A stretch of DNA of 64,000 bases from positions 824,203 through 888,202 of the forward strand of contig JBJBEO010000001.1 of the NCBI GenBank assembly GCA_047284725.1, given 5' to 3'. Shown here piece after piece: positions 11,996 to 22,729 of this stretch; the stretch's first letter is position 1, and every line of letters begins with the position of its first letter. The stretch comes from Synechococcus sp. Lineage in GTDB: Bacteria; Cyanobacteriota; Cyanobacteriia; PCC-6307; Cyanobiaceae. The position numbers were made by a program, and so were the translations under genes. Below the pieces are notes generated by a model, which had not been told where the DNA came from, ran no database searches, and was given only the letters and a program-made list of their open reading frames with translations.

Positions 11996-12688
11996 ATGAC
12001 CCGTCGTTCCCTCTGGCGTTCCTGCTGGGCTGCTCTGCTTTGTCTTCCCTTGCTGGTGAGTTGCGCCAGCTCCACCACCGCATCGATTCCGTCCGGGTGT
12101 GAGCGTCCCGGCAGCACCTGTCTGAAGGGCAAAGCCACCGTGCTGCTCAGCACCAGCCGTGGTGCCATCACCCTCGAGCTCGATGGTGATGCCGCCCCCA
12201 TGACCGCCGGCAATTTCGCTGATCTGGTGCGCCGTGGCGTTTACAACGGCACCGTGTTCCACCGGGTGGTGCGTGAGCCCGTGCCCTTCGTGGTGCAGGG
12301 TGGTGACCCGGCGTCCAAGGATCCGAGTACGCCCAAAGCCGCCTACGGCCAGGGCAGCTTCATTGACCCCTCCACCGGCCAGGCCCGGTATGTGCCACTC
12401 GAGCTGAAATTCAAGGGAGAGGAGCAGCCCCGCTACGGCCGGGTCACAACCAATCCCAGTGAGTTGCTCAAAATCGAGCTGGCCCATGACAGGGGTGCCC
12501 TCGCCATGGCGCGTTCCCAGGCCCCTGATTCAGCGAGCGCCCAGTTCTATATCGCTCTGCGACCTTTGCCGGAACTCGATGGACGCTATGCCGTGTTCGG
12601 CCGGGTGGTGGATGGCATGGAGGTGGTGGATGCCATTCAGGCCGATAACCGCATCATCAAGGCTGAGCTGATCAGCACGACTCCTTAA
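11996..12688 (+). CDS. Cyclophilin-type peptidyl-prolyl isomerase (lipoprotein)
   Basis: FHRVV, FVVQGGDP, ALAMARS, SAQFYI, LDGRYAVFG. Confidence 0.93.
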   Translation: MTRRSLWRSCWAALLCLPLLVSCASSTTASIPSGCERPGSTCLKGKATVLLSTSRGAITLELDGDAAPMTAGNFADLVRRGVYNGTVFHRVVREPVPFVVQGGDPASKDPSTPKAAYGQGSFIDPSTGQARYVPLELKFKGEEQPRYGRVTTNPSELLKIELAHDRGALAMARSQAPDSASAQFYIALRPLPELDGRYAVFGRVVDGMEVVDAIQADNRIIKAELISTTP

Positions 12689-12697
12689 CCCTGTGAC

Positions 12698-13228
12698 TCA
12701 GGCGGGTACCCGTCCGCCTGTGATCGCTTCCTTGAGCAGTTCCGTGTTCACACCGGAGGCCCGCTCGAGGGCCACCTTGCCGGTGCGGGCAATTTCAAGA
12801 ATGCCGTAGGGTCCCATCAGACGCTCCAAGGCAACAAGCTTGCCCGGGTCGCCCACCACTTCCAGCGTGAGGGCATCGTCGGCGACATCCACCACCTTGG
12901 CGCGGAACACTTGCACCAATTCGAGAATGGCGCTGCGTTGATCAGGTGGTGCCGACACCTTCAGCAGCATCAGCTCCCGTTCCACCGCTGGAATCTGCGA
13001 CAGGTCGAGCACCTGAAGCACATTCACCAGCTTGTCGAGCTGTTTGGTCATCTGCTGCAGGGTGTTCTGGTCACCCTCCACCACCATCGTCAGCCGCGAG
13101 CGACCGTCAGCCTCGGCCGGACCCACCGCCAGGCTGTCGATGTTGAAGCCACGACGGGCGAACAATCCGGCGATGCGGCTGAGTGCACCGGATTCGTCTT
13201 CCACCAGCACGGACAGGGTGTGCTTCAT
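12698..13228 (-). CDS. ilvN: Acetolactate synthase small subunit
   Basis: [33 protein letters not shown]. Confidence 0.95.
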   Translation of the reverse strand: MKHTLSVLVEDESGALSRIAGLFARRGFNIDSLAVGPAEADGRSRLTMVVEGDQNTLQQMTKQLDKLVNVLQVLDLSQIPAVERELMLLKVSAPPDQRSAILELVQVFRAKVVDVADDALTLEVVGDPGKLVALERLMGPYGILEIARTGKVALERASGVNTELLKEAITGGRVPA

Positions 13229-14256
13229 GCCCCTCGATTCGTTTGCAGCGGATGTGTGCATCCCAAGTTACGGTCCAGCCAGTTCAGCAGCACCTCCAGG
13301 AAGGCCTCGGGGGTTTCATCGTGGGGGCAATGCCCGCTCGCATCAATCACTTCCAGGTCGATCCAGGGGTGCTGCTGCCGGAGGCGTTCACCGATCAGCA
13401 GGGGGACAAATCGATCCTCCCTGCCCCACAGCAGCAGCAGGGGAATCGACTGGGGAAGGGCGGCCAGTCGTTCCATCAGGGCCGGTGCTGTGGCACCCCG
13501 GGGCCGCAGCGCCATACCGATGCTCATCGCCCTCAGCGCCCGTGAAGCCGTGCGTCGCCTGGCAGGAGCGGCAATCAGTTGATGCAGGTCACGATCGTGG
13601 CGGATGGAGCGGTGGTAGGCCCCCTGAAGTCCGAGGCGGATCAGGGCTGTGCGGCTGATCAGTGGCACCAGCAGGCCCAGGGGCAGAAGGCGCATCGACA
13701 CCACCACCAGCGGACGCCTCAGGCGGCGCCAGAATCGGGCGCGACGCAGGGGCAGTGGCTGCATCAGCGCTGGATCCGGCAGGGGTGCCGCGGCAACGGC
13801 CGCCACCAGCTCAGGGCGGAGCACGGCCGTGGTGAGGGCCGTCAGCCCCCCCAGTGAGTTGCCCACCAGCACCGCAGGTTCGTTGGCAGTGGCCCCCACC
13901 ACCTGCTCGAGAAACGCGCTGAGTTGCCTGGCCCAGAGCCGATTGTCGATCGGCCGCCGGTGCTGATGAGCCGGTTGATCGGAGCGGCCAAAGCCGATCA
14001 GATCAAGGCCGTACACCCGAAAGCCTGCAGCCGTGAGGGGTGCAGCGGTGTGACGCCAGTGATCACTGCTGGCTCCGAACCCATGCAGCAGCACCAGGGG
14101 GCGGCCCTGCTCAGGCCCGAGCACGCGCCAGTGGCTGTCGAGACCCTGCCAGTGCCAACGGGCACTCTCCCCCCAGTCGATGCCGGTGAGACCCCCCTGC
14201 CCGGCAGTCTGGAGAGCGGTTGCATCCAAGGGCGTCTGAGCCACCACAACACCCAC
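13225..14256 (-). CDS. Alpha/beta fold hydrolase
   Basis: LLHGFG, GNSLGG nucleophile elbow, GHCPHDE; start uncertain. Confidence 0.9.
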   Translation of the reverse strand: MGVVVAQTPLDATALQTAGQGGLTGIDWGESARWHWQGLDSHWRVLGPEQGRPLVLLHGFGASSDHWRHTAAPLTAAGFRVYGLDLIGFGRSDQPAHQHRRPIDNRLWARQLSAFLEQVVGATANEPAVLVGNSLGGLTALTTAVLRPELVAAVAAAPLPDPALMQPLPLRRARFWRRLRRPLVVVSMRLLPLGLLVPLISRTALIRLGLQGAYHRSIRHDRDLHQLIAAPARRRTASRALRAMSIGMALRPRGATAPALMERLAALPQSIPLLLLWGREDRFVPLLIGERLRQQHPWIDLEVIDASGHCPHDETPEAFLEVLLNWLDRNLGCTHPLQTNRGA

Positions 14257-15417
14257 TATCGCGAAGGCGCTGTGGCTCTCGACCTGGGCGAGGGCTTCTT
14301 CCGGCCGGATTCCCGTCCGTCAAGGGATCTGTCGGTGTTGCTGGCCGCCTGGACGCTGCAACAGCGTCAGGGCCGTGCCTGCCGATGGCTGGATCTGATG
14401 GCGGGGTGTGGAATCCGAGCCCTGCGCTGGGGCGTCGAGGCCCTGTCGGCGGGGGGGCACCCCGACACAGCGGTGGACCTCACGGTGAACGATGCTGATG
14501 AGGACAGGCAGCCCCTGCTGCTGCGCAACCTGCAGCCCCTGAGGTCTGGGCCGCTCAGCCTGCGCTGTCTGCACCAACCCGCCGAGGTGCTGCTGCGCCG
14601 GGCGTACCTCGATCGGCACCACTTCGACCTCATCGACCTCGACGCCTTCGGGTGTCCCAACGGCCTGTTGCAGGCCACGCTGGAGGTGTTGGCCTGGAAT
14701 GGCGTTCTGCTGCTGGCCAGCACCGATGGCCGTTCCCCCACAGGTCACGATCGTTCAGCGGCCGTGCGCCGTTTTGGGGCTGCAGCGCGCGTGCATCCCG
14801 CCAGCTGGGAACTCGCCCTGCGTCTGCAGCTCGCGGCTCTCGCCAGGGAAGCCTGGTTGCTGGGCCGCGGCCTGCAGCCTCTGGCCTGCTTCAGCGACGG
14901 CCGCACGTTTCGCCTGGCCGTACGGGTCACCAAACGCGCCGTCGCGAAGGAAGAACAGCAGCTGGGGTTCCTGGCCCGCTGTGACGCCTGTGGCGATCAG
15001 GCTGTCCAGACACTGCTGGGGCTGCAGGGGTGGCGTGCCTGTGCCTGTGGGGCGGGCCGTGGTCGCTGGGCGGTCAGTGGTCCGCTCTGGCTCGGCCCAC
15101 TCCAGGCGCCGGCTGTGCTCGCTGAGCTTGTGTCGCTTGCAGGCAGCCTGCCTGAGACCCTCTCCTCCGAAGGGAGGCGGCTGTTGCAGCGGCTAAAGGA
15201 TGATCCAGGTGTGCCGTCGACCTGTTGGTCAACGGCCGAGCTGGCCCATCGTTTGCAGCTCCCGGGGCCGCCGCCGATCCGTGCTCTGGTCGCTGACCTT
15301 CAGGCTGCGGGATTTCATGCCGGCTGCAGTGGCGTGATGGCTGGACAGCTCCGAACGGATGCTCCTCTCGACAGCTTGTTGCAGATCTGCCGCCATCAGG
15401 GCCAGAAGGATCGTTAA
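14236..15417 (+). CDS. tRNA (guanine-N2,N2)-dimethyltransferase, Trm1-like
   Basis: [31 protein letters not shown], CxxC, GPLWLG, RTDAP; start uncertain (14236 CTG or 14272 GTG). Confidence 0.8.
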   Translation: MSHHNTHYREGAVALDLGEGFFRPDSRPSRDLSVLLAAWTLQQRQGRACRWLDLMAGCGIRALRWGVEALSAGGHPDTAVDLTVNDADEDRQPLLLRNLQPLRSGPLSLRCLHQPAEVLLRRAYLDRHHFDLIDLDAFGCPNGLLQATLEVLAWNGVLLLASTDGRSPTGHDRSAAVRRFGAAARVHPASWELALRLQLAALAREAWLLGRGLQPLACFSDGRTFRLAVRVTKRAVAKEEQQLGFLARCDACGDQAVQTLLGLQGWRACACGAGRGRWAVSGPLWLGPLQAPAVLAELVSLAGSLPETLSSEGRRLLQRLKDDPGVPSTCWSTAELAHRLQLPGPPPIRALVADLQAAGFHAGCSGVMAGQLRTDAPLDSLLQICRHQGQKDR

Positions 15418-15445
15418 ATGGGGTCTGAAACGAATTGCCCCACCC

Positions 15446-15544
15446 ATGGCCGCGGAGATTTTTGGAACTGCTGCAATCTTCTGGGTTCTGATCCCCGTGG
15501 GTCTGGTTGGAGGTGCCCTCCTGCTCAAGCTGCAGGGTGACTGA
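15446..15544 (+). CDS. petM: Cytochrome b6f subunit PetM
   Basis: [32 protein letters not shown]. Confidence 0.93.
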   Translation: MAAEIFGTAAIFWVLIPVGLVGGALLLKLQGD

Positions 15545-15620
15545 TCGGGTTCTTCCCGTCCTTCACTCACCGATCGGGAATTCCTCCAACTAGGCTCCAT
15601 CTCTTGTGCGAACGAACCCC

Positions 15621-16583
15621 ATGCAGGTTCTGGTGGTTGGAGCAACTGGCACCCTTGGCCGGCAGATTGCCCGCCAGGCCTTGGACGCCGGCCATCAGGT
15701 GCGTTGCATGGTCCGCACGCCTCGCAAAGCCTCCTTTCTGCAGGAATGGGGCTGCGAGCTCACCCGTGGCGATCTGCTCGAGCCGGCCAGCCTGGATTAC
15801 GCCCTGGAGGGGATGGAGGCGGTGATTGATGCTTCCACCAGTCGCCCTGACGATCCGCGCAGCGTCTACGAAACCGACTGGGACGGCAAGCTCAATCTCC
15901 TTCGTGCCTGCGACAAGGCAGGCGTGAAGCGGTTTGTTTTTCTGTCCCTCCTGGCGGCCGCCAAGCACCGTCAGGTGCCGCTGATGGACATCAAATATTG
16001 CACCGAACAGCTGCTCCAAGACTCTGAGTTCGATTACACAATCCTGCAGGGTGCGGCGTTCATGCAGGGTGTGATCGGCCAGTTCGCCATTCCTGTGCTT
16101 GACAGTCAGACGGTATGGGTCAGTGGCAGTCCGACCGCCATCGCCTACATGAACACGCAGGATCTGGCCCGCTTTGCGGTGGCAGCGCTGCAGCGCGATC
16201 AGACGATTCGCAAGAGTTTTGCCGTGGTGGGTCCCAAGGCCTGGAACACCGGTGAAGTGGTGCAACTCTGCGAGCGATACAGCGGTAAATCAGCGCGCGT
16301 CTTCCGTGTACCGCCCGTGTTGATGCAGTTGATGCAGGGTGCCTGCAACTTCTTCGAGCCGGCGGTGAATGTTGCGGAACGCCTGGCGTTTGCAGACGTC
16401 ACAGGCGGCGGCGAACGCCTTGATGCACCGATGGAAGCCTCGTACGAAGCCTTTGGTCTTGATCCCTCAGACACCACCACCCTCGAGGATTACATCAAGG
16501 AGTACTACGACACCATCCTCAAGCGGCTCAAAGCGATGGAGGCCGATCTCGATAAGGATGCCAAGAAGAAACTTCCCTTCTGA
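15621..16583 (+). CDS. ycf39: Ycf39/NmrA-like NAD(P)-binding protein
   Basis: VLVVGATGTLGRQI Rossmann motif; follows petM. Confidence 0.85.
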   Translation: MQVLVVGATGTLGRQIARQALDAGHQVRCMVRTPRKASFLQEWGCELTRGDLLEPASLDYALEGMEAVIDASTSRPDDPRSVYETDWDGKLNLLRACDKAGVKRFVFLSLLAAAKHRQVPLMDIKYCTEQLLQDSEFDYTILQGAAFMQGVIGQFAIPVLDSQTVWVSGSPTAIAYMNTQDLARFAVAALQRDQTIRKSFAVVGPKAWNTGEVVQLCERYSGKSARVFRVPPVLMQLMQGACNFFEPAVNVAERLAFADVTGGGERLDAPMEASYEAFGLDPSDTTTLEDYIKEYYDTILKRLKAMEADLDKDAKKKLPF

Positions 16584-16719
16584 GCGTCTTTCCTCACGAC
16601 TCTTTCCGCCCTTTTTCCGCCCTTGTTGATCACTGGCTGATCAGCCAGCCAGCTGCCATCTAGTGCAGATGTACTGGTTTGCTGGTTACAGTGGACCTGC
16701 CTTGTCGTCTGCCTGTTCG

Positions 16720-16935
16720 ATGTCTGTCGCCCAAGTGAAAAATCTCCAGCGTCGGCTCGACAACCTTCATCGTGAGGCCGAGCAAGAGCTCACCAGGGTG
16801 TGTGGTCACGACCTGTGGCGAACCCTTGGCTTTGATGCCTTTGATGGCCTCGAGGATGCTGCCCGTCGCGCCACGGCCAATTACTACTACGGCCAATGGC
16901 AGACGGTCAGAGAGCTGATTGACGCGCTTGGCTGA
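16720..16935 (+). CDS. Hypothetical protein (71 aa)
   Basis: MSVAQVKNLQRRLDNL...ANYYYGQ; compact ORF with typical codon usage. Confidence 0.7.
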   Translation: MSVAQVKNLQRRLDNLHREAEQELTRVCGHDLWRTLGFDAFDGLEDAARRATANYYYGQWQTVRELIDALG

Positions 16936-16999
16936 GGGCTCGGGACAGTCCGTTGCCTTGCTTGGATAGGAGGCCGTCCGGTTTGTTGGTTTGGCGCCC

Positions 17000-17797
17000 A
17001 TGAGCAGCTGTTGTGGACCCTCAGCCCCCCTCGATCAGACCAGGGCTGTCGATGCGCGCTATGGAGCTGCGGCGCAAGAACAGGAGGCTTGCCTTTGCAC
17101 CCCTGTGGCCTTCAATCCGAAATGGTTGGAGGTGATTCCGGCGGATGTGGTGGAGCGTGATTACGGCTGCGGCGATCCCACCCGTTGGGTGGAGACCGGT
17201 GACACGGTGCTCGACCTTGGCAGTGGCAGCGGTAAGAACGCCTTCATTTGTGCCCAGGTGGTCGGGGCCACGGGCGCGGTGATCGGCGTCGATCGCAATG
17301 CCGACATGCTGGAGCTCTCCAGGGGAGCCTCTCCCTTGGTGGCCGACCGGATTGGCTACAGCAATGTGACCTTTCTGGAGGGGGCGATTGAAGCCCTGGA
17401 TGCCCCCGGCGTTGGAGGCGATCCATTGGTGGCGGACTCCAGTGTGGATGTCGTTCTGAGCAACTGCGTGCTCAATCTGGTGAATCCATCCGCCAGGCAG
17501 CATCTGTTGGCGAATATCCGCAGGGTGCTGCGACCCGGCGGTCGTGTGGCCATCAGTGACATTGTCTGTGACCGTCCTGTACCCATGGCTCTGCAGCAGG
17601 ATCCGGATCTCTGGAGTGGTTGTATCAGCGGCGCCTGGGAGGAGCAGGTCTTTCTCGATGATTTTGAGGCGCTCGGCTTTGAGAATGTGACCTACGCCGA
17701 TCGTTCCTCCACGCCATGGAAGGTGGTGGAGGGGATTGCGTTTCGCGCTGTCACCCTCGTGGGAGTTTTGCCTGGTGGCGCCCGCTCCTGTTGCTGA
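17000..17797 (+). CDS. ArsM-like SAM-dependent methyltransferase
   Basis: DYGCGDP, VLDLGSGSG, SNCVLNL, LRPGG, WSGCISGA; CC pairs at both termini. Confidence 0.75.
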   Translation: MSSCCGPSAPLDQTRAVDARYGAAAQEQEACLCTPVAFNPKWLEVIPADVVERDYGCGDPTRWVETGDTVLDLGSGSGKNAFICAQVVGATGAVIGVDRNADMLELSRGASPLVADRIGYSNVTFLEGAIEALDAPGVGGDPLVADSSVDVVLSNCVLNLVNPSARQHLLANIRRVLRPGGRVAISDIVCDRPVPMALQQDPDLWSGCISGAWEEQVFLDDFEALGFENVTYADRSSTPWKVVEGIAFRAVTLVGVLPGGARSCC

Positions 17798-18404
17798 GCA
17801 GCCGCCGCAGCCGCTGCTCTTCGCCGTTGGTCACGGATCTCCAGTCTCCAGGTCTCAATCCGCGCAGATCCAGCGGCGGTTGGCCATCCATCAGATCGAT
17901 GCTGATGCGCAGCAGGCGCAGCGTTGGTAAACCAACCGCAGCGGTCATGCGCCTCACCTGGCGGTTTCGGCCTTCGCGCAGGGACAGTTCGATCCAGCTG
18001 GTGGGAATGCTGGCCCGATAGCGGATCGGTGGATCCCGTGGTGGCAAGCGTTGGCAGCGGGCCGCGATGATGCTTTTGGCCCGTGCCGGCAGTGTGCGAC
18101 GGCCCTGGATGATCAGGCCCTGCCGGAGTTGCTGGAGCTGATCATCCGTGGTCTCGCCTTCCACCTGGGCCCAGTAGGTGCGCCAGTGGCCAAATCTGGG
18201 GTCGGTTAACCGCTGTTGCAGCCTGCCCTCGCTGGTGAGCAGTAGTAAGCCTTCACTGTCCGCATCCAGGCGGCCAGCGGCATACACCCCAGGAACTTGC
18301 ACCAGATCAGCCAGGCATGTCCAACGACTGCCGGGCTCTGGGGTGAACTGGCTTAAGACCCCGTATGGCTTGTTGAGCAGGATGGTGCTTGGAGCTTGGG
18401 GCAT
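17751..18404 (-). CDS. rRNA pseudouridine synthase (RluE/RsuA family)
   Basis: LNKPYGVLSQF, AGRLDADSEGLLLLT, EGRNRQVRRM. Confidence 0.92.
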   Translation of the reverse strand: MPQAPSTILLNKPYGVLSQFTPEPGSRWTCLADLVQVPGVYAAGRLDADSEGLLLLTSEGRLQQRLTDPRFGHWRTYWAQVEGETTDDQLQQLRQGLIIQGRRTLPARAKSIIAARCQRLPPRDPPIRYRASIPTSWIELSLREGRNRQVRRMTAAVGLPTLRLLRISIDLMDGQPPLDLRGLRPGDWRSVTNGEEQRLRRLLSNRSGRHQAKLPRG

Positions 18405-18492
18405 GGCTCAGAAACGGCCTGCGCTGAGACCAGCCGCGCAGAGCCATTCACATCCTGAACAGACACGTCCACCGTGTCTTGATCCACGTGGC

Positions 18493-18585
18493 TCAGATCG
18501 AACTCTGGCGCGCCCGCCAGAGATTGACCACGCCGATGGAGATGAGCAGGAGGCCAAGATCGAGGCTGAGGGGCGGCAGGACCAT
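18493..18585 (-). CDS. Putative 30-aa single-TM small protein
   Basis: Manual translation MVLPPLSLDLGLLLISIGVVNLWRARQSSI*; below the ORF-track cutoff. Confidence 0.45.
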   Translation of the reverse strand: MVLPPLSLDLGLLLISIGVVNLWRARQSSI

Positions 18586-18691
18586 GGCGTCGCTAAGTCG
18601 CAAAAAGGAACTGAGACCTTAGAGACAAACGTTCGATGTCCGTGCGGGTGGCCACCTAAAGTGGCTCAACGACTGAACGCAAGCCCATCGC

Positions 18692-18961
18692 ATGATCGAA
18701 ACCTCGGGTGTGATCGAAAAAGAGCAGGGCAATGGGTTTTACCTGGTGACCCTCGAGCAGCCCGCAGGTCACCAGTGCCTTTGCCGTGCTGCCGGCAAGC
18801 TCACCAAGTTCCGCATCAAGTTGTTGGCTGGTGACAAGGTGCTGGTGGAGATCAGCCCCTACGACCTCACCCGTGGTCGGATCACCTACAGGGAACGCAA
18901 CGCTGGAGCACCCGGTGGCCGACCTGGCGGTAACCGTCCCGGTGGACCACGCCGTCGCTGA
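18692..18961 (+). CDS. infA: Translation initiation factor IF-1
   Basis: IKLLAGDKVLVEISPYDLTRGRITYR with a G/P/R-rich tail. Confidence 0.95.
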   Translation: MIETSGVIEKEQGNGFYLVTLEQPAGHQCLCRAAGKLTKFRIKLLAGDKVLVEISPYDLTRGRITYRERNAGAPGGRPGGNRPGGPRRR

Positions 18962-19056
18962 TCTCCCCCAAGCGGATTGTCTTGAACCATTCGTTGCAAG
19001 CCAGCACTCGTTTCGAGCTGCCGGCTTTGTTGTGAGGTGATCGGTGACGTGATCGC

Positions 19057-20469
19057 TCAGGTGGCAGCGGTTTGGAGCAGTTGTTCGATCGCAGCTTTGA
19101 ATTCACTGCGTTGTTTCACGCCGCGCCATTGTTGCTTCAGTTCCTTGTCGTGGAACAGCTGCACCGTTGGCGTGCCATTGACGCCCGCTTGCTCGGCGAT
19201 GGCCTGGTCGGCTTCGATGTCGATCTCGATGCCCTGGGCTCGGCCTTCGAGTTCATCCAGCACTCGCTTCAACTGCGGTTTCAGCACATGGCAGGGCCCG
19301 CAGCTGGGGGAGGTGTACACGACCAGCAAGGGGTTGGTGCTGTCGTGGTAAAGCTTGCGTAGGGCGTAACTTCCCTTCTGCCAGAGGCCGCTGGGGTCAT
19401 AGGTGGCCTCGGTGACAGGTTCGCTCGTTTGAGGGGTCTCAGCCTTCTGGGGCTCAACATTGTCGCGGCTGACCAGGCGGGCCAGGTTGTGATGACTGAG
19501 CCAGCGCTCGGCTGCCAGTGCTGCCTGGCAACCGCTGCCGGCGGCGGTGATTCCCTGGCGCCATTCGGCATCGGCGACGTCGCCCGCGGCATAGACCCCT
19601 TCCACGGAGGTTTCGGGTCGCCCAGGCTCGGTCACCAGGTATCCCTTGGCGTCGCAGTCAATCTGCCCTCGAAGTAACTCGGTGTTGGGGGTGTGGCCAA
19701 TGGCATAGAACAGACCTCGCACCGAGAGGCTGCTGACGTCCTCGGTGTTGCGGTTGCGGATGGTGAGGCTGCTCAACCAGTCGTCGCCCTCGGCATCGAC
19801 CACCTCACTGTTCCAATGCACGGTGATCTGGGGGTTCGCCAGCACCCGATCAGCCATGGCGGCACTGGCGCGCAGGTGCTCGGAGCGCACCAGCAGGTGC
19901 ACGTGGCTGCCGTATTTCGTGAGGTACACCGCTTCTTCACAGGCGGAATCGCCGCCGCCCACCACAGCCAGTTCTTCCTTGCGGAACTGGGGTGTCGCGC
20001 CGTCGCAGATGGCACAGGCGCTGATCCCGCGACTCCAGAACCGCTGTTCGCTTGGGAGGCCCAGTCTGTTGGCGCTGGCACCGGTGGCGATGATCACCGA
20101 CTGCGCCTGGATTGTTTGCCCATCAGCCTGGAGACGATAAGGGCGTCTGCTCAGGTCGATCAGGTCGGCGTCGGCTTCCAGTAAACGGGTCCCCCAGCGT
20201 TCGGCCTGAGCTTTCATCAGGTCCATCAGGTCAGGACCGAGAACGCCATCGGGAAAACCTGGAAAATTTTCAACGTGGGTGGTGGTCATCAGCTGACCGC
20301 CGGGGATCCCTCCCCGTTGAAACCCTGTGATCAGCAGCGGATTAAGGTTGGCACGAGCGGCATAAATGGCTGCTGTGTAGCCGGCGGGACCGGAGCCCAC
20401 GATCACAAGATTTTCCACTGCGCCCTCAGACCTTTGCTGAGAGGCATCAGGCAGCCCGGAGGCGTTCAT
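19057..20469 (-). CDS. trxB: Thioredoxin-disulfide reductase with fused C-terminal thioredoxin (NTRC type)
   Basis: [21 protein letters not shown]-terminal CGPC domain. Confidence 0.95.
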   Translation of the reverse strand: MNASGLPDASQQRSEGAVENLVIVGSGPAGYTAAIYAARANLNPLLITGFQRGGIPGGQLMTTTHVENFPGFPDGVLGPDLMDLMKAQAERWGTRLLEADADLIDLSRRPYRLQADGQTIQAQSVIIATGASANRLGLPSEQRFWSRGISACAICDGATPQFRKEELAVVGGGDSACEEAVYLTKYGSHVHLLVRSEHLRASAAMADRVLANPQITVHWNSEVVDAEGDDWLSSLTIRNRNTEDVSSLSVRGLFYAIGHTPNTELLRGQIDCDAKGYLVTEPGRPETSVEGVYAAGDVADAEWRQGITAAGSGCQAALAAERWLSHHNLARLVSRDNVEPQKAETPQTSEPVTEATYDPSGLWQKGSYALRKLYHDSTNPLLVVYTSPSCGPCHVLKPQLKRVLDELEGRAQGIEIDIEADQAIAEQAGVNGTPTVQLFHDKELKQQWRGVKQRSEFKAAIEQLLQTAAT

Positions 20470-20652
20470 CGTTAAGGCGGACAGGGTATGAGTTGACCCT
20501 AGAGGCTCGGGCTGGCGTTCTGACGAGGACCCTGGTGAGCCCCTCGGTGAGCCGTTCTGGCTTCAGGCGGCCTGGTTGAACAACAAGATGAGAAAGAGGT
20601 GATGTTTTTATGAAGAAACGGGGGTTTAATCCTTTGCTTCTTAAGAGTGTCT

Positions 20653-20901
20653 TCAGATTTCGAGGCGACCTTCGTTGTTGCTGCTCTGTTCGAAGCGGTG
20701 GCGTTTGCTTGGACTGCGCGGGGTCATCAAGACGGAGGCCTCAAGCAGCTCATCATCTTCGCCAAGGCAGGTGATCCATTCCTGGAATTCCTGCGTAATT
20801 GCGTAACTGTCCTCGTAGCGCTCAGCGCTGTCGAGGACTGCCATTCTTGTACTTGCCCAGCAGGTTGCGACGCTGACTCGACGTTCGATTGCTGCGTCCA
20901 T
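20653..20901 (-). CDS. Hypothetical protein
   Basis: 82-aa ORF filling the gap between trxB and the helicase. Confidence 0.65.
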   Translation of the reverse strand: MDAAIERRVSVATCWASTRMAVLDSAERYEDSYAITQEFQEWITCLGEDDELLEASVLMTPRSPSKRHRFEQSSNNEGRLEI

Positions 20902-20997
20902 GATCTGCTCCCAGATGTCACCAGGCTGCTACTCGATGGGTCCCCATCGGGCCTGAATGCGTCAGAACTTCGCATTTTTCTATGAGCAATGTTGTTG

Positions 20998-22482
20998 TCA
21001 TTGCTGCAGGAATTGGGGGAGTTCTGGGGTCCGCAACCGGATCACGGCACCGGCACCGTCGTTGACGGCCTCCAGCGGCAGGCTGGGGCCTCGCCAGGAG
21101 CCGCAGCCCGATTCGTCGTCTGCATCGGCAGGTTGGTCGCGTCGGATGCGATAGGGCTCCGACAGTGACCAGCTGCGGGCGTAGCCCATCAGGAGGGGAT
21201 CGGCGGGGGCAAAGATGTAGGAGGCATCGCGGGGGATGGACTCCATTGCAGATCGTTCCGACGACATCCTCACGGCGCGGGTGATCCCCTGGACGAAGCG
21301 GCTGCGCGTCACGACCGTGGTCAGGTAGGCCACCACCCGCAGGCGAGGAGCGTCAAACCCTTCGGCACACATGTCGATGCTCACCAGCCAGTCGGCATTG
21401 CCGTCTTGAAACTGCGCCAGCCTTGTGGCGGCATCGGGGTCCTGGGAATGCACCAGGCTGACGCGGTCACCTTCCTCCTCCAGTAGACGGCCGATGGCGC
21501 TGGCGTGGTCGATGTCGCGGGCGATCACGAGGCCCCCGGCCCGCGGGTGGCTGTTTCGGACCCGCTCCAGCTGCCGCCTGGCCCTGAGCAACAGTTGCAG
21601 GGCGATGCTGCTGGAATCAGACAGGCGAATGGCCCTGCGCAGGTTGCGGGCACGCCAACTCTCCCGTTGCTCGGCAGACAAGGGCGAAACGTCCCGGTCA
21701 GGCATGCCCTCTCGCCTGTGTTCCACCCAGCCGTCCTGAAAACGAAATTCCAGAGGTCTCACATCGCCGGCGGCAATCAGTTCTCTGGGTTCCACGCAAA
21801 GGTCGGGACTGATCTGCTCGACAAGTTCGCCCTGCGCTTCGACCCGCACGCGTCTGGCGGCGCAGAACGCCAGGTTGTCGGCGCGGAAGGGTGTGCCGGT
21901 AAGACCAAGCCGTAATCGGCAGCCATGGCTGAGATCTAGAAAGGTGCGCCCCCAGATCGGTCCATCGGGTTCGTCGGGATCCACGCCGAGGTGATGCGCT
22001 TCGTCGGCGATGGCCAGGAGATCTGAACCTGCCCAGCCCTTGAGTGCGCCCGGTAAGGCCTCGAGGTGGCGCCCGGCCGCTTGATAGGTCAGCAACCAAC
22101 CATCGGCCGCGGCCAGGTCCTTGGCCTCGGCAGCGGCCGACCAGTCCGCCAGGGTGAGCCCCAGCCTTGAGGCTGCTCCACGCCATTGCCGCAGGATCGA
22201 GGTGCGGTGGCAGAACACCACCAATTTGCACAGCCGACCCTCAGCCTGCATGGCCTGAAAGGCCAGCAACGTCCCGAGTGTTTTGCCGGCTCCAGGGCCT
22301 GCATGCACCAGCACATCTCTGCCATGGCCGCTGGTCGGATCCAGGCGACGGCGCAGCAGCTGAATCAGCTGTTGTTGCCACACCCGCGGCCTGATGCGTT
22401 GTCGCTCCGAATCGGAACCGAGGGAGAAAGACGTTGCTGCGATGGCCCTGGTCAGGAATATGAGTCTTTCTAACCATTCCAA
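20998..22482 (-). CDS. DEAD/DEAH-box (SF2) helicase
   Basis: AGPGAGKT, DEAHH, LTGTPFR, EGFDAP, QGITRAVR; start uncertain. Confidence 0.9.
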   Translation of the reverse strand: MEWLERLIFLTRAIAATSFSLGSDSERQRIRPRVWQQQLIQLLRRRLDPTSGHGRDVLVHAGPGAGKTLGTLLAFQAMQAEGRLCKLVVFCHRTSILRQWRGAASRLGLTLADWSAAAEAKDLAAADGWLLTYQAAGRHLEALPGALKGWAGSDLLAIADEAHHLGVDPDEPDGPIWGRTFLDLSHGCRLRLGLTGTPFRADNLAFCAARRVRVEAQGELVEQISPDLCVEPRELIAAGDVRPLEFRFQDGWVEHRREGMPDRDVSPLSAEQRESWRARNLRRAIRLSDSSSIALQLLLRARRQLERVRNSHPRAGGLVIARDIDHASAIGRLLEEEGDRVSLVHSQDPDAATRLAQFQDGNADWLVSIDMCAEGFDAPRLRVVAYLTTVVTRSRFVQGITRAVRMSSERSAMESIPRDASYIFAPADPLLMGYARSWSLSEPYRIRRDQPADADDESGCGSWRGPSLPLEAVNDGAGAVIRLRTPELPQFLQQ

Positions 22483-22542
22483 ATGGCTGTGGCATCCCTA
22501 GCTTCCGGCCATCAGCCCTGAGGCTGTGCATCTCCGATCACC

Positions 22543-22719
22543 ATGGCCAGCCGTCGCCTGCCTCCTGGATCCAACCCCCGAGAGCGCGAGTTGCTGGAGG
22601 ATTGCTGGGGGGCTGACTGCGATATCGATCCGTTGATCCTGCGGGCTCGACTGCACCACCATCAGGGCCGCCGCTATCTGGCCACGGCCCTCGAACAGGA
22701 AGTGATGCCCCTCTTCTGA
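22543..22719 (+). CDS. Hypothetical small protein (58 aa)
   Basis: Manual translation MASRRLPPGSNPRERELLEDCWGADCDIDPLILRARL...EQEVMPLF*; fills the intergenic gap. Confidence 0.6.
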   Translation: MASRRLPPGSNPRERELLEDCWGADCDIDPLILRARLHHHQGRRYLATALEQEVMPLF

Positions 22720-22729
22720 TCCGACGGCC

